58,530 bases of DNA from a virus (lineage: Duplodnaviria; Caudoviricetes): IMG/VR virus record IMGVR_UViG_3300015050_000977, positions 1 through 58,530 of that record; one strand, 5' to 3'. Below, piece by piece: positions 28,990 to 37,383 of this stretch. Below the pieces are notes generated by a model. The model searched no databases. It was not told the DNA's origin and was given only the letters and a program-made list of their open reading frames with translations. Numbering within the stretch: the stretch's first letter is position 1; the number at the start of each line of letters is the position of its first letter. The translations under genes were made by a program, and so were the position numbers.

Positions 28990-29543
28990 TTCTTCCCCTC
29001 CCCATAAATCTCACCCCAAATCCCGACTGCCAATTCCTCCGCGATCATTCCAACAAACTCACGCGGGTATCGGCATGACTTCATCGCCGTGTGCGTCACG
29101 CCATAGGCAAACATGAAGTCGCCGCGCTGGCCGGGCACGTTGGTAATGCGGAAGTGCATTCGGCGAGTCATGTCCTCGCGTAGTGCTGGTTCGCTCTGCA
29201 AAATCATCATCAGTTCCTCAGTGGGCACCGACCTGAACGACTCGCTCAAATCACTCTCCCATGCGCGCATCAGGTCACTCCGGTCAGGTGGTGGCATCAC
29301 CCGCATGTGCGGATTCATGTATTTCAATTTGTCCTTCACCGGAAGCAACGTGCTGCTGCAAAACCGCGCCACGTCATCGTGCCAGCGTTGCAGCTTTCGC
29401 TCGGCGTATTCGGCGCGCTCCGTCATATTGGCGAGAGCGCGTTCATGGTAGGCCGCGACGGACCCGACGTGAGCCTTAGCTTGAGCGAGTTCCTCGCGGA
29501 GCTTGCGGTTTACGGTGCGTTGGCGTTTGGATAGTTTGCCCAT
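28986..29543 (-). CDS. Hypothetical protein (185 aa)
   Basis: Coupled ORF in the minus-strand operon. Confidence 0.65.
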   Translation of the reverse strand: MGKLSKRQRTVNRKLREELAQAKAHVGSVAAYHERALANMTERAEYAERKLQRWHDDVARFCSSTLLPVKDKLKYMNPHMRVMPPPDRSDLMRAWESDLSESFRSVPTEELMMILQSEPALREDMTRRMHFRITNVPGQRGDFMFAYGVTHTAMKSCRYPREFVGMIAEELAVGIWGEIYGEGKK

Positions 29544-29544
29544 G

Positions 29545-29880
29545 TTATTTCGGTGGTTGAGTTTTGAATACTAGCGCCCGCATATCCGCCAAATGCCGCT
29601 CCGTCGCAGCCAGCGAGCCGGCGCTGCCAGAACCTTCGGACGGACGAAAACCGACGCGCCATAGTTCATCCATGAACTGCTGGGCCTGTTCATCCTGCAT
29701 GGCGAACGCGGGCGGCAACTCGGTGCCATCCTCTTCGGCTGTCAGCACCTTAAACTCTAGGGGCTGCGCGAATGCCGAGCGCGTTCCGTCACTCGTGCGC
29801 TTCTTAACCCAGAACTTGACGCCGTGCCAGAGCGGATCGCGCTGGCAGAATACTTCTGTTTTTTTGCCGTTGGTGTTCAT
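29545..29880 (-). CDS. Hypothetical phage protein (111 aa)
   Basis: Coupled ORF containing AQQFMDELWRVGFRP...ATERHLADMR. Confidence 0.7.
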   Translation of the reverse strand: MNTNGKKTEVFCQRDPLWHGVKFWVKKRTSDGTRSAFAQPLEFKVLTAEEDGTELPPAFAMQDEQAQQFMDELWRVGFRPSEGSGSAGSLAATERHLADMRALVFKTQPPK

Positions 29881-30176
29881 TGGTAATCCTCCCCAAAAAT
29901 CTCAGGATGCCGCCGCGCATACCAGTTACGCAGCCACGCGCAGAACGGGCCGCGCAGATACCATGGCCAGAGGTTGGCGCCGTAGTAGCGCTCGGGCGGA
30001 GTGAGGGTCTGGACGTAGTCGCGGCATGACTCGCGATCTGATGCGGGCGAAATCTTCTTTTCGTGCCACGTCATGTCAGAGCATTCGGCTTCACGCATCA
30101 GCGCAGCAAGTTGCTGCTGCGTCTTGGCTGGATTTTTGCTGGGCGGATTCATTTGCGCCCTCCCATATATTTCCAC
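29877..30176 (-). CDS. Hypothetical protein
   Basis: Coupled ORF; the start may be 30152. Confidence 0.55.
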   Translation of the reverse strand: MEIYGRAQMNPPSKNPAKTQQQLAALMREAECSDMTWHEKKISPASDRESCRDYVQTLTPPERYYGANLWPWYLRGPFCAWLRNWYARRHPEIFGEDYQ

Positions 30177-30574
30177 TCATCCTTCAGCCCCTCAATGCAC
30201 AGCTTCGTCGCGATCACCGTCGCCAGTTCATCGCGAATCTTGCGAGCCAGCGCGGGCGCATCGTCGCGGCGGTCGTCCAGCTTAATTTCAGCATCGTGCT
30301 TCTCGCCGTTGAGCGTGAACTGGACGCGCAGCGTCTCGCTGAACGCGGCGAAGTTCTGCTCCACCACGGCCCGGCAACTGAACTTGTTGTCGCGGCATTC
30401 CAATGTCGCAATCACGCTGTCGCGCGCCTCGGCTTGCAATTCTCGGAGCAGTTGCGCGCTGGCATCTGTCGGCGCGCGGTGCTCATGGACGGTGCTGTTG
30501 CTGGACGTGTGCTGCGTGACGGTCTTTTCGTATGGGATGTATTTTGTGAAGAGGGCCATAATTCTGTTTGACAT
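30149..30574 (-). CDS. Hypothetical protein
   Basis: First ORF of the minus-strand block. Confidence 0.6.
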   Translation of the reverse strand: MSNRIMALFTKYIPYEKTVTQHTSSNSTVHEHRAPTDASAQLLRELQAEARDSVIATLECRDNKFSCRAVVEQNFAAFSETLRVQFTLNGEKHDAEIKLDDRRDDAPALARKIRDELATVIATKLCIEGLKDEWKYMGGRK

Positions 30575-30607
30575 TGCTCGCCACTTGTAACCACGCTGTC
30601 AATTCAA

Positions 30608-30841
30608 ATGGCAGCGAAAACGAAGAAATCTAAGCCCGATGGCCGCAAGCCCCGCACGGCGGTCCAAGGCTACATTATGACCCGTATTGAGCCTGACGTG
30701 GCCAAGGACGTGCGCATTGAGCGGAAGCGCAACGGCCGCACCGTGCAGGGCGAGGTAAACTCAGTCTTGCGCGACCATTATTCATCCAAATGGGACGTGC
30801 CGCCTGTCGCGGCGGGTGCGGATGCGTTAAGGAGATTTTAA
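30608..30841 (+). CDS. Small Arc/ribbon-helix-helix-like DNA-binding protein
   Basis: Basic 77 aa with an IMTRIEPDV...NGRTVQGEVNSVL pattern; TTGACA upstream. Confidence 0.6.
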   Translation: MAAKTKKSKPDGRKPRTAVQGYIMTRIEPDVAKDVRIERKRNGRTVQGEVNSVLRDHYSSKWDVPPVAAGADALRRF

Positions 30842-30842
30842 C

Positions 30843-31538
30843 ATGACCAAGCCATTCTCCATCCTCCACCCCAACCAAGCCGCGTGGCCCAAATCCTACG
30901 GGCTGCATCCGAATCACTGTCGGGATGTTTTGGAAGGCTCCTACAACGTGCCCTATGATCCCGCGACGCCGCCAACCGTAATCGACCTCGGGGCGAACGT
31001 CGGGGCGTTTACGCGCTGGGCGGTGGAGCGGTGGCCTCGATGCACTGTCCATGCTTACGAGCCGTGCCCGGCTAATTTCAAACTCCTTCAGGAGACGGTC
31101 AGTGACTTTGACCAAAATGACGAAGACATTGACGTGCATCTACACAACGTCGCCGTCGCAGGTCACGCCTGCCGCGCCACGTTGCAGGCCGGCGAGTTCA
31201 ACTGCGGCGAGTGGTCGCTGATGATGCCGCCTGTCGAGGGGCGCGAAAAGGTGGAGGTGGACGTGATAAGCGCATTGGAACTTCCGAAGGCCGACGTGCT
31301 AAAAATTGATACCGAGGGCTGTGAACTTTTAATTTTGGCTACGCTGGACTACGACAAGCGCCTGCCGGAATTTTCAGCGATCATGCTCGAAACTCACTCG
31401 GATGAGTATGTGCCGATTGTTAAGGCGAACCTTGCTCGCGCTGGCTTCACCCTAACCGGCGAGGCCCGCCCGCATCTGAACCGCGGCGAACTCAAGTTTG
31501 TGCGCACCGATCTGCTGCCTGCCGACTTTAAGCCATGA
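30843..31538 (+). CDS. FkbM-family SAM-dependent methyltransferase
   Basis: VIDLGANVG, AYEP and LKIDTEGCE motifs. Confidence 0.9.
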   Translation: MTKPFSILHPNQAAWPKSYGLHPNHCRDVLEGSYNVPYDPATPPTVIDLGANVGAFTRWAVERWPRCTVHAYEPCPANFKLLQETVSDFDQNDEDIDVHLHNVAVAGHACRATLQAGEFNCGEWSLMMPPVEGREKVEVDVISALELPKADVLKIDTEGCELLILATLDYDKRLPEFSAIMLETHSDEYVPIVKANLARAGFTLTGEARPHLNRGELKFVRTDLLPADFKP

Positions 31539-31726
31539 CCTACATCCTGCCGCACCAGTATAAGTGCGATAAGTGCGGGCACGAGCAATCGTGCAGCCCG
31601 CATCATCCGCACGGCGCACCTTGGATAGAACTTGAAACGGGCGCGCAGGTTCCGGTCTGTCCGGTTTGCTTCGGCAACTTTTTAGCCGCTAACATTGGGC
31701 TGATGCAGCCCGTCAAATCTCCATGA
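31535..31726 (+). CDS. Small zinc-finger protein
   Basis: CDKC...CPVC; ATGA-coupled on both sides. Confidence 0.6.
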   Translation: MTYILPHQYKCDKCGHEQSCSPHHPHGAPWIELETGAQVPVCPVCFGNFLAANIGLMQPVKSP

Positions 31727-32100
31727 AAATCACCGCCCATTCCCTCGACATCCTGCCCACGCAAAAGCTGAGCCTGCCTACGGGCGCGAAGCTGCTGACC
31801 GTCAATGTCGATCACCGATTCAACAAGTGCCTGCTCTGGACCTTTCAGGACGATAACGCGCCGGAGGAGGAACTGACCTTTACGATGGCCAAGCTCGGTG
31901 ACGAGGTGCTGGGCAGCAACTACGTCGGCACGTTCAAGGACAACTCGGGATATGTGCATGTGTTTGCGGAGAGACCTAAGCTGGTGCCAATCATGTCCAA
32001 CGCCCATGAGGCGCTTGCTGGGGCCGTAATCAGCAGGACCGTATCTTCGGTGCCGACTGTTGTGCCGACCGATCCTATGCTTAAGGAGGCCCACGCATGA
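31723..32100 (+). CDS. Hypothetical protein (125 aa)
   Basis: Coupled ORF containing LPTGAKLLTV...YVGT...VHVF. Confidence 0.65.
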   Translation: MKITAHSLDILPTQKLSLPTGAKLLTVNVDHRFNKCLLWTFQDDNAPEEELTFTMAKLGDEVLGSNYVGTFKDNSGYVHVFAERPKLVPIMSNAHEALAGAVISRTVSSVPTVVPTDPMLKEAHA

Positions 32101-32930
32101 GCAAGCGCCGCGTCGTAATCTGCACCTCCGCCAAGGGCGGCTTGCCGTTCTGGTGGTTCGACGCCTACGCGAAGCTGCTGGCGCTGAACCGTCCCGACTA
32201 CACGTTTGAACTGTCCGTTGAGGCCGGCAACTCCGCCATCAACATCAGCCGAAACATCATGGCCGACCATGCCATTCGCACCGAGGCGGACATCATGGCG
32301 CAAATTGACACGGACATGAAGTGGACGCCCGAAGGGCTGATTCAGATGCTGGCTCATAACGAGCCCATCGTGTGCGCTCCCTACGTCAAAAAGCAGTCCG
32401 GCCCCATTCGCTGGCTCGTGGTGCGCAAGAAGGGCGCGTTTCCTGACGAGCGTGGGCTGTGCGACATGGACTTTTTTGGGACCGGAATGTTTCTGGTTAG
32501 CGTCCCGGCTCTGCGAGCCATGTGCGATGCATTCCCCGAGCGACGGTTCACCTACGAGGACGACGACGCGCATGGCGGCATAACGAGCCGGACCATGACG
32601 GAACTGTTTCCGATTGGGCTCGTGGGGCCGAATACGCCGGAGGGTAGGCTAGCGCGCATACGCAAAACGATTGAAAGCTGCATGGGCGATGCGTCTGACT
32701 GCCTAGACGACATTGAGGCAATTCTAAACACCGTGCACGAGGGCGAATCCCGCTTCCTCGGCGAAGACTTTTTCTTTTCGCACCTTGCCCGCAAAGCAGG
32801 CTTCAAAATCTGGTGCGACTCGCGGCTGCTGATCCGGCACATCGGGCCAGCTCCGTATCCGATCTTGGAGGAGCAGCTTTCTACTGTTACGCCGTTGCCG
32901 GAGAGCAATCTGAATTTAGATGCCTACTAA
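32097..32930 (+). CDS. GT-A-fold glycosyltransferase-like protein
   Basis: SRN, QIDTD (DxD), GTGMFLV, GEDFFF and H-I-G motifs. Confidence 0.75.
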   Translation: MSKRRVVICTSAKGGLPFWWFDAYAKLLALNRPDYTFELSVEAGNSAINISRNIMADHAIRTEADIMAQIDTDMKWTPEGLIQMLAHNEPIVCAPYVKKQSGPIRWLVVRKKGAFPDERGLCDMDFFGTGMFLVSVPALRAMCDAFPERRFTYEDDDAHGGITSRTMTELFPIGLVGPNTPEGRLARIRKTIESCMGDASDCLDDIEAILNTVHEGESRFLGEDFFFSHLARKAGFKIWCDSRLLIRHIGPAPYPILEEQLSTVTPLPESNLNLDAY

Positions 32931-32953
32931 GGCACCAACGCCCACCAACTACC

Positions 32954-33499
32954 ATGCCCACCAAAGAAGAAAAAGTAGCCAAGCAAAAAGCCGCCAACGA
33001 CAAAGCCCGGGTCCGCACGCTGCTGATCGCGGGTAAGGTCGCAGAGGCCGAAAGATTCGCCGCGGAGCGCGGTTTTGACGTGTTCGCAGCCCGACTGGCG
33101 CCGGAGTATCAGAACGCTGCCGAACCGGCCTTTATCGCGCTGGAACTGGCGCGGGCGAAGCCCGCAGTCATAACCGAAGTAACGCCGGGCGAGCCAAAGG
33201 ACATGACGGGCATCGTTGCGATCATGGACGTTGGCGACGAAGCCGTGGAGGCGGAGGCGCTGGTTGCGGCTCCACCTGAGTCGATCAACGGCTGGCCCGT
33301 GCTGACCGATGCCGTCGTGTGGGGAATGCCACCCAACAAGAGCATGGTCATCATTGAACTACCTGACCGGCGCCGCGTGTCCCTGTGGCGGACCCGCAAC
33401 ATGCGGTATCGCATCTTTGACAAGCTGCGGGCGCGGATCGTCAAGACTGAGGGCGACCCGATCTACGAGGAAGTGATGCGACCTCGGACGGCGTTCTAA
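32954..33499 (+). CDS. Hypothetical protein (start MPTKEEK)
   Basis: ACTACCATG start context; ends before the terminator. Confidence 0.65.
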   Translation: MPTKEEKVAKQKAANDKARVRTLLIAGKVAEAERFAAERGFDVFAARLAPEYQNAAEPAFIALELARAKPAVITEVTPGEPKDMTGIVAIMDVGDEAVEAEALVAAPPESINGWPVLTDAVVWGMPPNKSMVIIELPDRRRVSLWRTRNMRYRIFDKLRARIVKTEGDPIYEEVMRPRTAF

Positions 33500-33512
33500 G
33501 CCGCTGCTAATT

Positions 33513-33553
33513 AAAAGCAAAACGCCCCGACGTAAATCGGGGCGTTGTTGTTT
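33513..33553. terminator. Probable bidirectional intrinsic terminator
   Basis: Stem AACGCCCCGA/TCGGGGCGTT flanked by A-rich and T-rich tracts. Confidence 0.8.
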
Positions 33554-34261
33554 ACCGCCAGTCCTATTCAGCCTGCGAGGCGGTGTCCTTTGGTCAACGA
33601 CCGAACCGCAGCGGGAAATTGATTCACCACGGCAACTTTCGCTCACTCCAGATGCCGTTGGTTTATGATGAGACGGTGAAAATAATCCTCCTTACCGAGC
33701 TTTCTATGGACGGTCTCTCCGCCTCCGCACGGCGAGGATCGGCCGGTGCGTGTTCACGCATGATGATGAAACCCAGCTCGGTTCGCTCGGTATATGAAGC
33801 CCGCATCAACTCGGGAAGATGGTGCAGCAATCAGGAGTTTAACCTGCTATGAGACTTGAAGCCGGTAAGGGCGTGGCTCTCCAGAATGACCATTCTAGCT
33901 TTGCTGCGTTATCCCCTCCGCCGCCCGCTAACGCGCTTGTTGGAGAACTTGGCGGGAGACTGGACGCGGCTGGCGGTGGAGGGAAAGGGTGCTCGTTCGC
34001 GTATCCCTGACGGGTGTGTAAGGCACTTATCATCCGACCCCATTTCTGGGTCCGGCGATCCGTTGCCGGCAAGTAACCTTGCGGTCTCTTCTTAATCCAG
34101 CTTCCAATCATCCCCGTCACCGCCATGTGTTGCGGCCAACGGTTAGGGCGCTTCCGAGCGTAAATGTGAAAGAACTTTGGCCGGATCGCGCTGGTCGGCC
34201 CCCTTAGACCGACCAGCGGATTCCAGCTTCAACTATGGGTGCCAAGCTAGGCTTGGTTCAC
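33515..34261 (-). ncRNA. Candidate ~750-nt structured non-coding RNA
   Basis: No credible ORF; bounded by the promoter motif at 34289-34301 and the terminator; contains many hairpins. Confidence 0.55.
33820..33907 (-). tRNA. Non-canonical tRNA-like cloverleaf ending in CCA
   Basis: Acceptor stem GCAGCAA/TTGCTGC-A-CCA, 7-bp D-like stem, GAGCC/GGCTT stem with an 11-nt loop, and a CAGG-TTAAACT-CCTG T-arm. Confidence 0.55.
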
Positions 34262-34288
34262 TGCCCGACGCAATCACGCGTTTACGTG

Positions 34289-34301
34289 CTCGTCAAGCGA
34301 G
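34289..34301 (-). promoter_or_regulatory. 13-bp motif CTCGCTTGACGAG, copy 2
   Basis: Exact copy upstream of the non-coding region. Confidence 0.7.
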
Positions 34302-34303
34302 AA

Positions 34304-34822
34304 TTAATCCTCAAGGTCGAGAATTGTGATTTTCTTTTGTTCAGCCAACTGGGCTCGCTTTTGCCTTCTTATTTCTATGTGGCGCTGCGCGTGGTGCTCG
34401 GTGCAAAACCAAATTACCGCAAGTGGCTTTGAGTAATCCTCATGGTGCGCCTCAGAATCCCATGATCCGCATCTCGCGCACGGCTGCTTAAGCACTTCTC
34501 CTGATGCCACGGCCCTAAGCAACTTTCTGTTTGCTGTATTTTTCTCTGGGTATTTGCTCCTCGATCTACGCTGGGCCTCACGTCTATGCTCTTGGGTTTG
34601 AATAAATGCGCGACCGCTCTCCCTTCTCTGTCTTTCCTTAATTCTCTGGCGCTCGGTCTCCATCTCAACCCATTCGGGGTTAAGCATCATCTTTTCGATG
34701 TGTTTCTTCGTGTCGTTTTTAGAGCAATCCTTGCATTTATTTAGATGCCCATCCGCCATTCTTGGATGGGCATAAAATTCTGACAGTGGCTTTACGGTTT
34801 CGCATTTGAAGCATTTTTTCAT
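34304..34822 (-). CDS. HNH-like endonuclease with an N-terminal zinc finger
   Basis: CFKC...CKDC and CARCG...AHHEDYSKPL.V.W.C..HH motifs. Confidence 0.8.
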   Translation of the reverse strand: MKKCFKCETVKPLSEFYAHPRMADGHLNKCKDCSKNDTKKHIEKMMLNPEWVEMETERQRIKERQRRESGRAFIQTQEHRREAQRRSRSKYPEKNTANRKLLRAVASGEVLKQPCARCGSWDSEAHHEDYSKPLAVIWFCTEHHAQRHIEIRRQKRAQLAEQKKITILDLED

Positions 34823-34857
34823 CAGCTAAACCGAATCAGAATGGCATTATTTGTAAA

Positions 34858-35292
34858 TCAATAAGGTATGGAATCTCCATCGTCATCCACGACCTCGGTC
34901 GCCGCGCCAGCGGATGGCAACGGCGGCGTGCCAGTCGTGAGTGTCCCCTTCTGTTGATGCCAGAGCGTGCGGGCGGCGTTACGCAGCAGGATTTCCTGCG
35001 GGCGCGGCGGATACGGCTTGCCGCTGCTGTCCAAGCGCGCGGGCTGCTCGGCGGCATACCAGCTAAGGCTGCGTTCAGACAGTGCGCCGAGGGCGACGCC
35101 GTTATTTTTTCCGAAGTGGACTTGGACCTGCGCGGCGTTTTCGATCACGCTATCCGGCTGCGGGGGCGGGCCGTCAGGGGCCGGCGCTTGCGATGGAGGA
35201 TTGGCCGTGGCGGCAGCAGGTTTGGCGCCGCCCGCGAGCAGGGCGCGGATGGCTTTGAGTTCATCAAGGATGGCTTGATTTAGGTCGGGCAT
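34858..35292 (-). CDS. Protein with an FGKxxG (DUF3820/ExoX C-terminal-like) domain and an SSB-like acidic tail
   Basis: VHFGKNNGVALGAL...LSWY; ends DDDGDSIPY. Confidence 0.6.
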   Translation of the reverse strand: MPDLNQAILDELKAIRALLAGGAKPAAATANPPSQAPAPDGPPPQPDSVIENAAQVQVHFGKNNGVALGALSERSLSWYAAEQPARLDSSGKPYPPRPQEILLRNAARTLWHQQKGTLTTGTPPLPSAGAATEVVDDDGDSIPY

Positions 35293-35442
35293 AGGTTTAT
35301 TTCGGCGTGCAAACGCGGTTAATCGTATCGGAAATTACAAGACGCAAAAAGCGCAGGCTGCGCCAGTGGCCGCGCCTGATGCGGCGCATGAAATTGCGGC
35401 GGCAGGCGGCGTGGAAGAGGTCGTAGGCTTCGCGGGAGGCGT

Positions 35443-35742
35443 TCATGGGGTGGTAGCTGGGCGAAACAGCTCAGGGTCAGGCAACCCAAGTGTCCGCGAA
35501 ATCTTGAGAAATACCGGCGTGGACGGCCACCCGTTCATCGCGCAGCTTTCGATGTTCACAATCGTGCGGAACGAGACGCCTGCGGACTGCGCCAGCGAGG
35601 CTTGCGTGATTTCCAGCGCAAGGCGGCGGCGCTGGATATTTTCACCCAGCACGCGCAGATCGTCAGGCATTAGAATTGGATTCTTGGATACACCCTTGAT
35701 CCACTTGCGGGTGTGGCCCATCATTTTCATTGGCTTCGGCAT
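35443..35742 (-). CDS. XRE-family HTH regulator (start MPKPMK)
   Basis: LGENIQRRRLALEITQASLAQSAGVSFRTIVNIE. Confidence 0.8.
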   Translation of the reverse strand: MPKPMKMMGHTRKWIKGVSKNPILMPDDLRVLGENIQRRRLALEITQASLAQSAGVSFRTIVNIESCAMNGWPSTPVFLKISRTLGLPDPELFRPATTP

Positions 35743-35769
35743 GAGCGCCACCGTCCGGCAACTATTTTT

Positions 35770-35782
35770 CTCGTCAAGCGAG
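35770..35782 (-). promoter_or_regulatory. 13-bp motif CTCGCTTGACGAG, copy 3
   Basis: Exact copy; TTGACG lies 35 nt before the HTH gene ATG. Confidence 0.7.
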
Positions 35783-35832
35783 ATTTTGCTTGCGGCAGAG
35801 AAATAATCGGAACACGCATGGGCCATCAGCCA

Positions 35833-36150
35833 ATGACTCCAGCTCAAACAGTCAGCCAGCCCAAGATGGTTCAGTGTCCACGGTGCAACCGCGAATACGT
35901 GCTGTGGACGCCAGCGCCAGACCAACGCGAGAACGAAGATTCAACTGGGCCTCATGCGTGTGTGCCTGATTGGTGTGACGCGAGCAAAACACGATTGTCG
36001 CCAGCGGATGCCAGCGGAAAGCGGTATCTCTTGCACGTTCGCGCAAAGGGCCGGGAGCCGAGCTATTGGCCTGCTGAACTGAGTTGTCCCCGATGCGTGC
36101 CCGAAGGCCGCGCTGCCGCCGCTGCATGGAATGCGTTTATGGGTAGATAA
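35833..36150 (+). CDS. Cys-rich hypothetical protein
   Basis: Two CPRC motifs; first gene of the plus-strand block. Confidence 0.55.
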   Translation: MTPAQTVSQPKMVQCPRCNREYVLWTPAPDQRENEDSTGPHACVPDWCDASKTRLSPADASGKRYLLHVRAKGREPSYWPAELSCPRCVPEGRAAAAAWNAFMGR

Positions 36151-36151
36151 C

Positions 36152-36354
36152 ATGTCCGACCTCTTTCCAGACCTTCAACCATCGCTCTCCCCGCGCCTCG
36201 CGTGGCTGGAGCGGTATGGGCTGGTAATTACCAAGCTGGAGAGCGGGCGATATGAGTGCGCGCTGGATGATGAAAACGCGGCACGGGCGAGGATGAGGAG
36301 GCGGCTATCGTGGCTTTCTGCGTCAAAACCGGCATTGCGCATTACAGCCAATGA
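36152..36354 (+). pseudogene. Small ORF with a probable frameshift near 36276
   Basis: Starts MSDLFPD; an alternative frame GTGEDEEAAIVAF...YSQ* ends in an ATGA overlap with the next gene. Confidence 0.4.
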
Positions 36355-36641
36355 CTACGCCCGCCATCTTCTCCCTCTACGACGCTGACTCTGACGAGCA
36401 CGTTATTATGTGCCACAGCTTCCAGCGCACCGAGCCGTTCGGGCCGCGCATTTTCAGGGCGCCGCCGCATCCCGTGGTAAAAACAAGGCACGCCACGGAG
36501 GAAAGCGCCGCGACCGATGTCATCAAAATCAACGCCTATTTTGCGGACCTTCCGAAGCGGCGCAAGGCGGCTTACAAGGAGCCGGTCTATGCGGGGAACG
36601 GGCTGGGCGGGATTGAGGATTGTCCGCTGTTTCAAGCCTAA
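36351..36641 (+). CDS. Hypothetical protein (96 aa)
   Basis: ORF in the operon. Confidence 0.6.
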   Translation: MTTPAIFSLYDADSDEHVIMCHSFQRTEPFGPRIFRAPPHPVVKTRHATEESAATDVIKINAYFADLPKRRKAAYKEPVYAGNGLGGIEDCPLFQA

Positions 36642-36654
36642 CGTTGTCTCAATC

Positions 36655-36858
36655 ATGAAATCCAACCACGAAAAAGTGTTTCGCGCCGCCTACCCAAAGG
36701 CCACCATTGAAGGCTTCAGGACGCATGGTGGAGAGCACTGCTTCGTGGTCCGCAAGACAGCCAAGGCGACGCCAATATCGGGCGTAGGGTCAACACGCAT
36801 CGCGGCGTGGCGGGAAGCGGCTTCTTCAATCGCGCTAGCAAAAACAGTCCAGCAATAA
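36655..36858 (+). CDS. Hypothetical protein (MKSNHEK)
   Basis: ORF in the operon. Confidence 0.55.
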   Translation: MKSNHEKVFRAAYPKATIEGFRTHGGEHCFVVRKTAKATPISGVGSTRIAAWREAASSIALAKTVQQ

Positions 36859-36862
36859 CACT

Positions 36863-37066
36863 ATGCCCACCCCAACAATAAAAACCTGCAAACTGAGCGC
36901 CAACGCTATCATCGGCCGCAACATCCGCCCCGGCATGACGCCAGGCGGCATGATGACCAGCGCCCCGGCCAGCAACAACGACCGCAGTCGCGTGCACCGC
37001 CGCAAGTGCATGGAAGTGCAGCAGGCCGCGATGGCGTTTTTGGAGAATCGCGTAGTGCGGACGTGA
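36863..37066 (+). CDS. Hypothetical protein (67 aa)
   Basis: Tightly packed ORF. Confidence 0.5.
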   Translation: MPTPTIKTCKLSANAIIGRNIRPGMTPGGMMTSAPASNNDRSRVHRRKCMEVQQAAMAFLENRVVRT

Positions 37067-37068
37067 AC

Positions 37069-37383
37069 ATGGCTGGATTACAGATCATGCTTGCCGAGCT
37101 GGAGGCCCACCGCCTTGAGGTGGTGCTGGTGCCACTCAACCCCAACCGGCGCGGGTGGAATGAGGGCGGGATGAAACGGGTCTGCGCCGACGTTCCGCCA
37201 CGCTGGTATCGAGCCCTGTGCCGGGATTATCCGAGCAGTCGCGGTGTGCGGCGCGGGAAGCCGGATACGCGCATCCGCCGTGCTAATGTGCTGCGCGCCT
37301 TGGAGCGCCTTGTGGACGGGCGCGGCTACGCGGGCAAGTATCGTGAGGAGTTTTTGCGGGTGGCGGAGGGGCTTGCGAAATGA
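37069..37383 (+). CDS. Hypothetical basic protein (MAGLQIML)
   Basis: ATGA-coupled to the methyltransferase. Confidence 0.6.
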   Translation: MAGLQIMLAELEAHRLEVVLVPLNPNRRGWNEGGMKRVCADVPPRWYRALCRDYPSSRGVRRGKPDTRIRRANVLRALERLVDGRGYAGKYREEFLRVAEGLAK

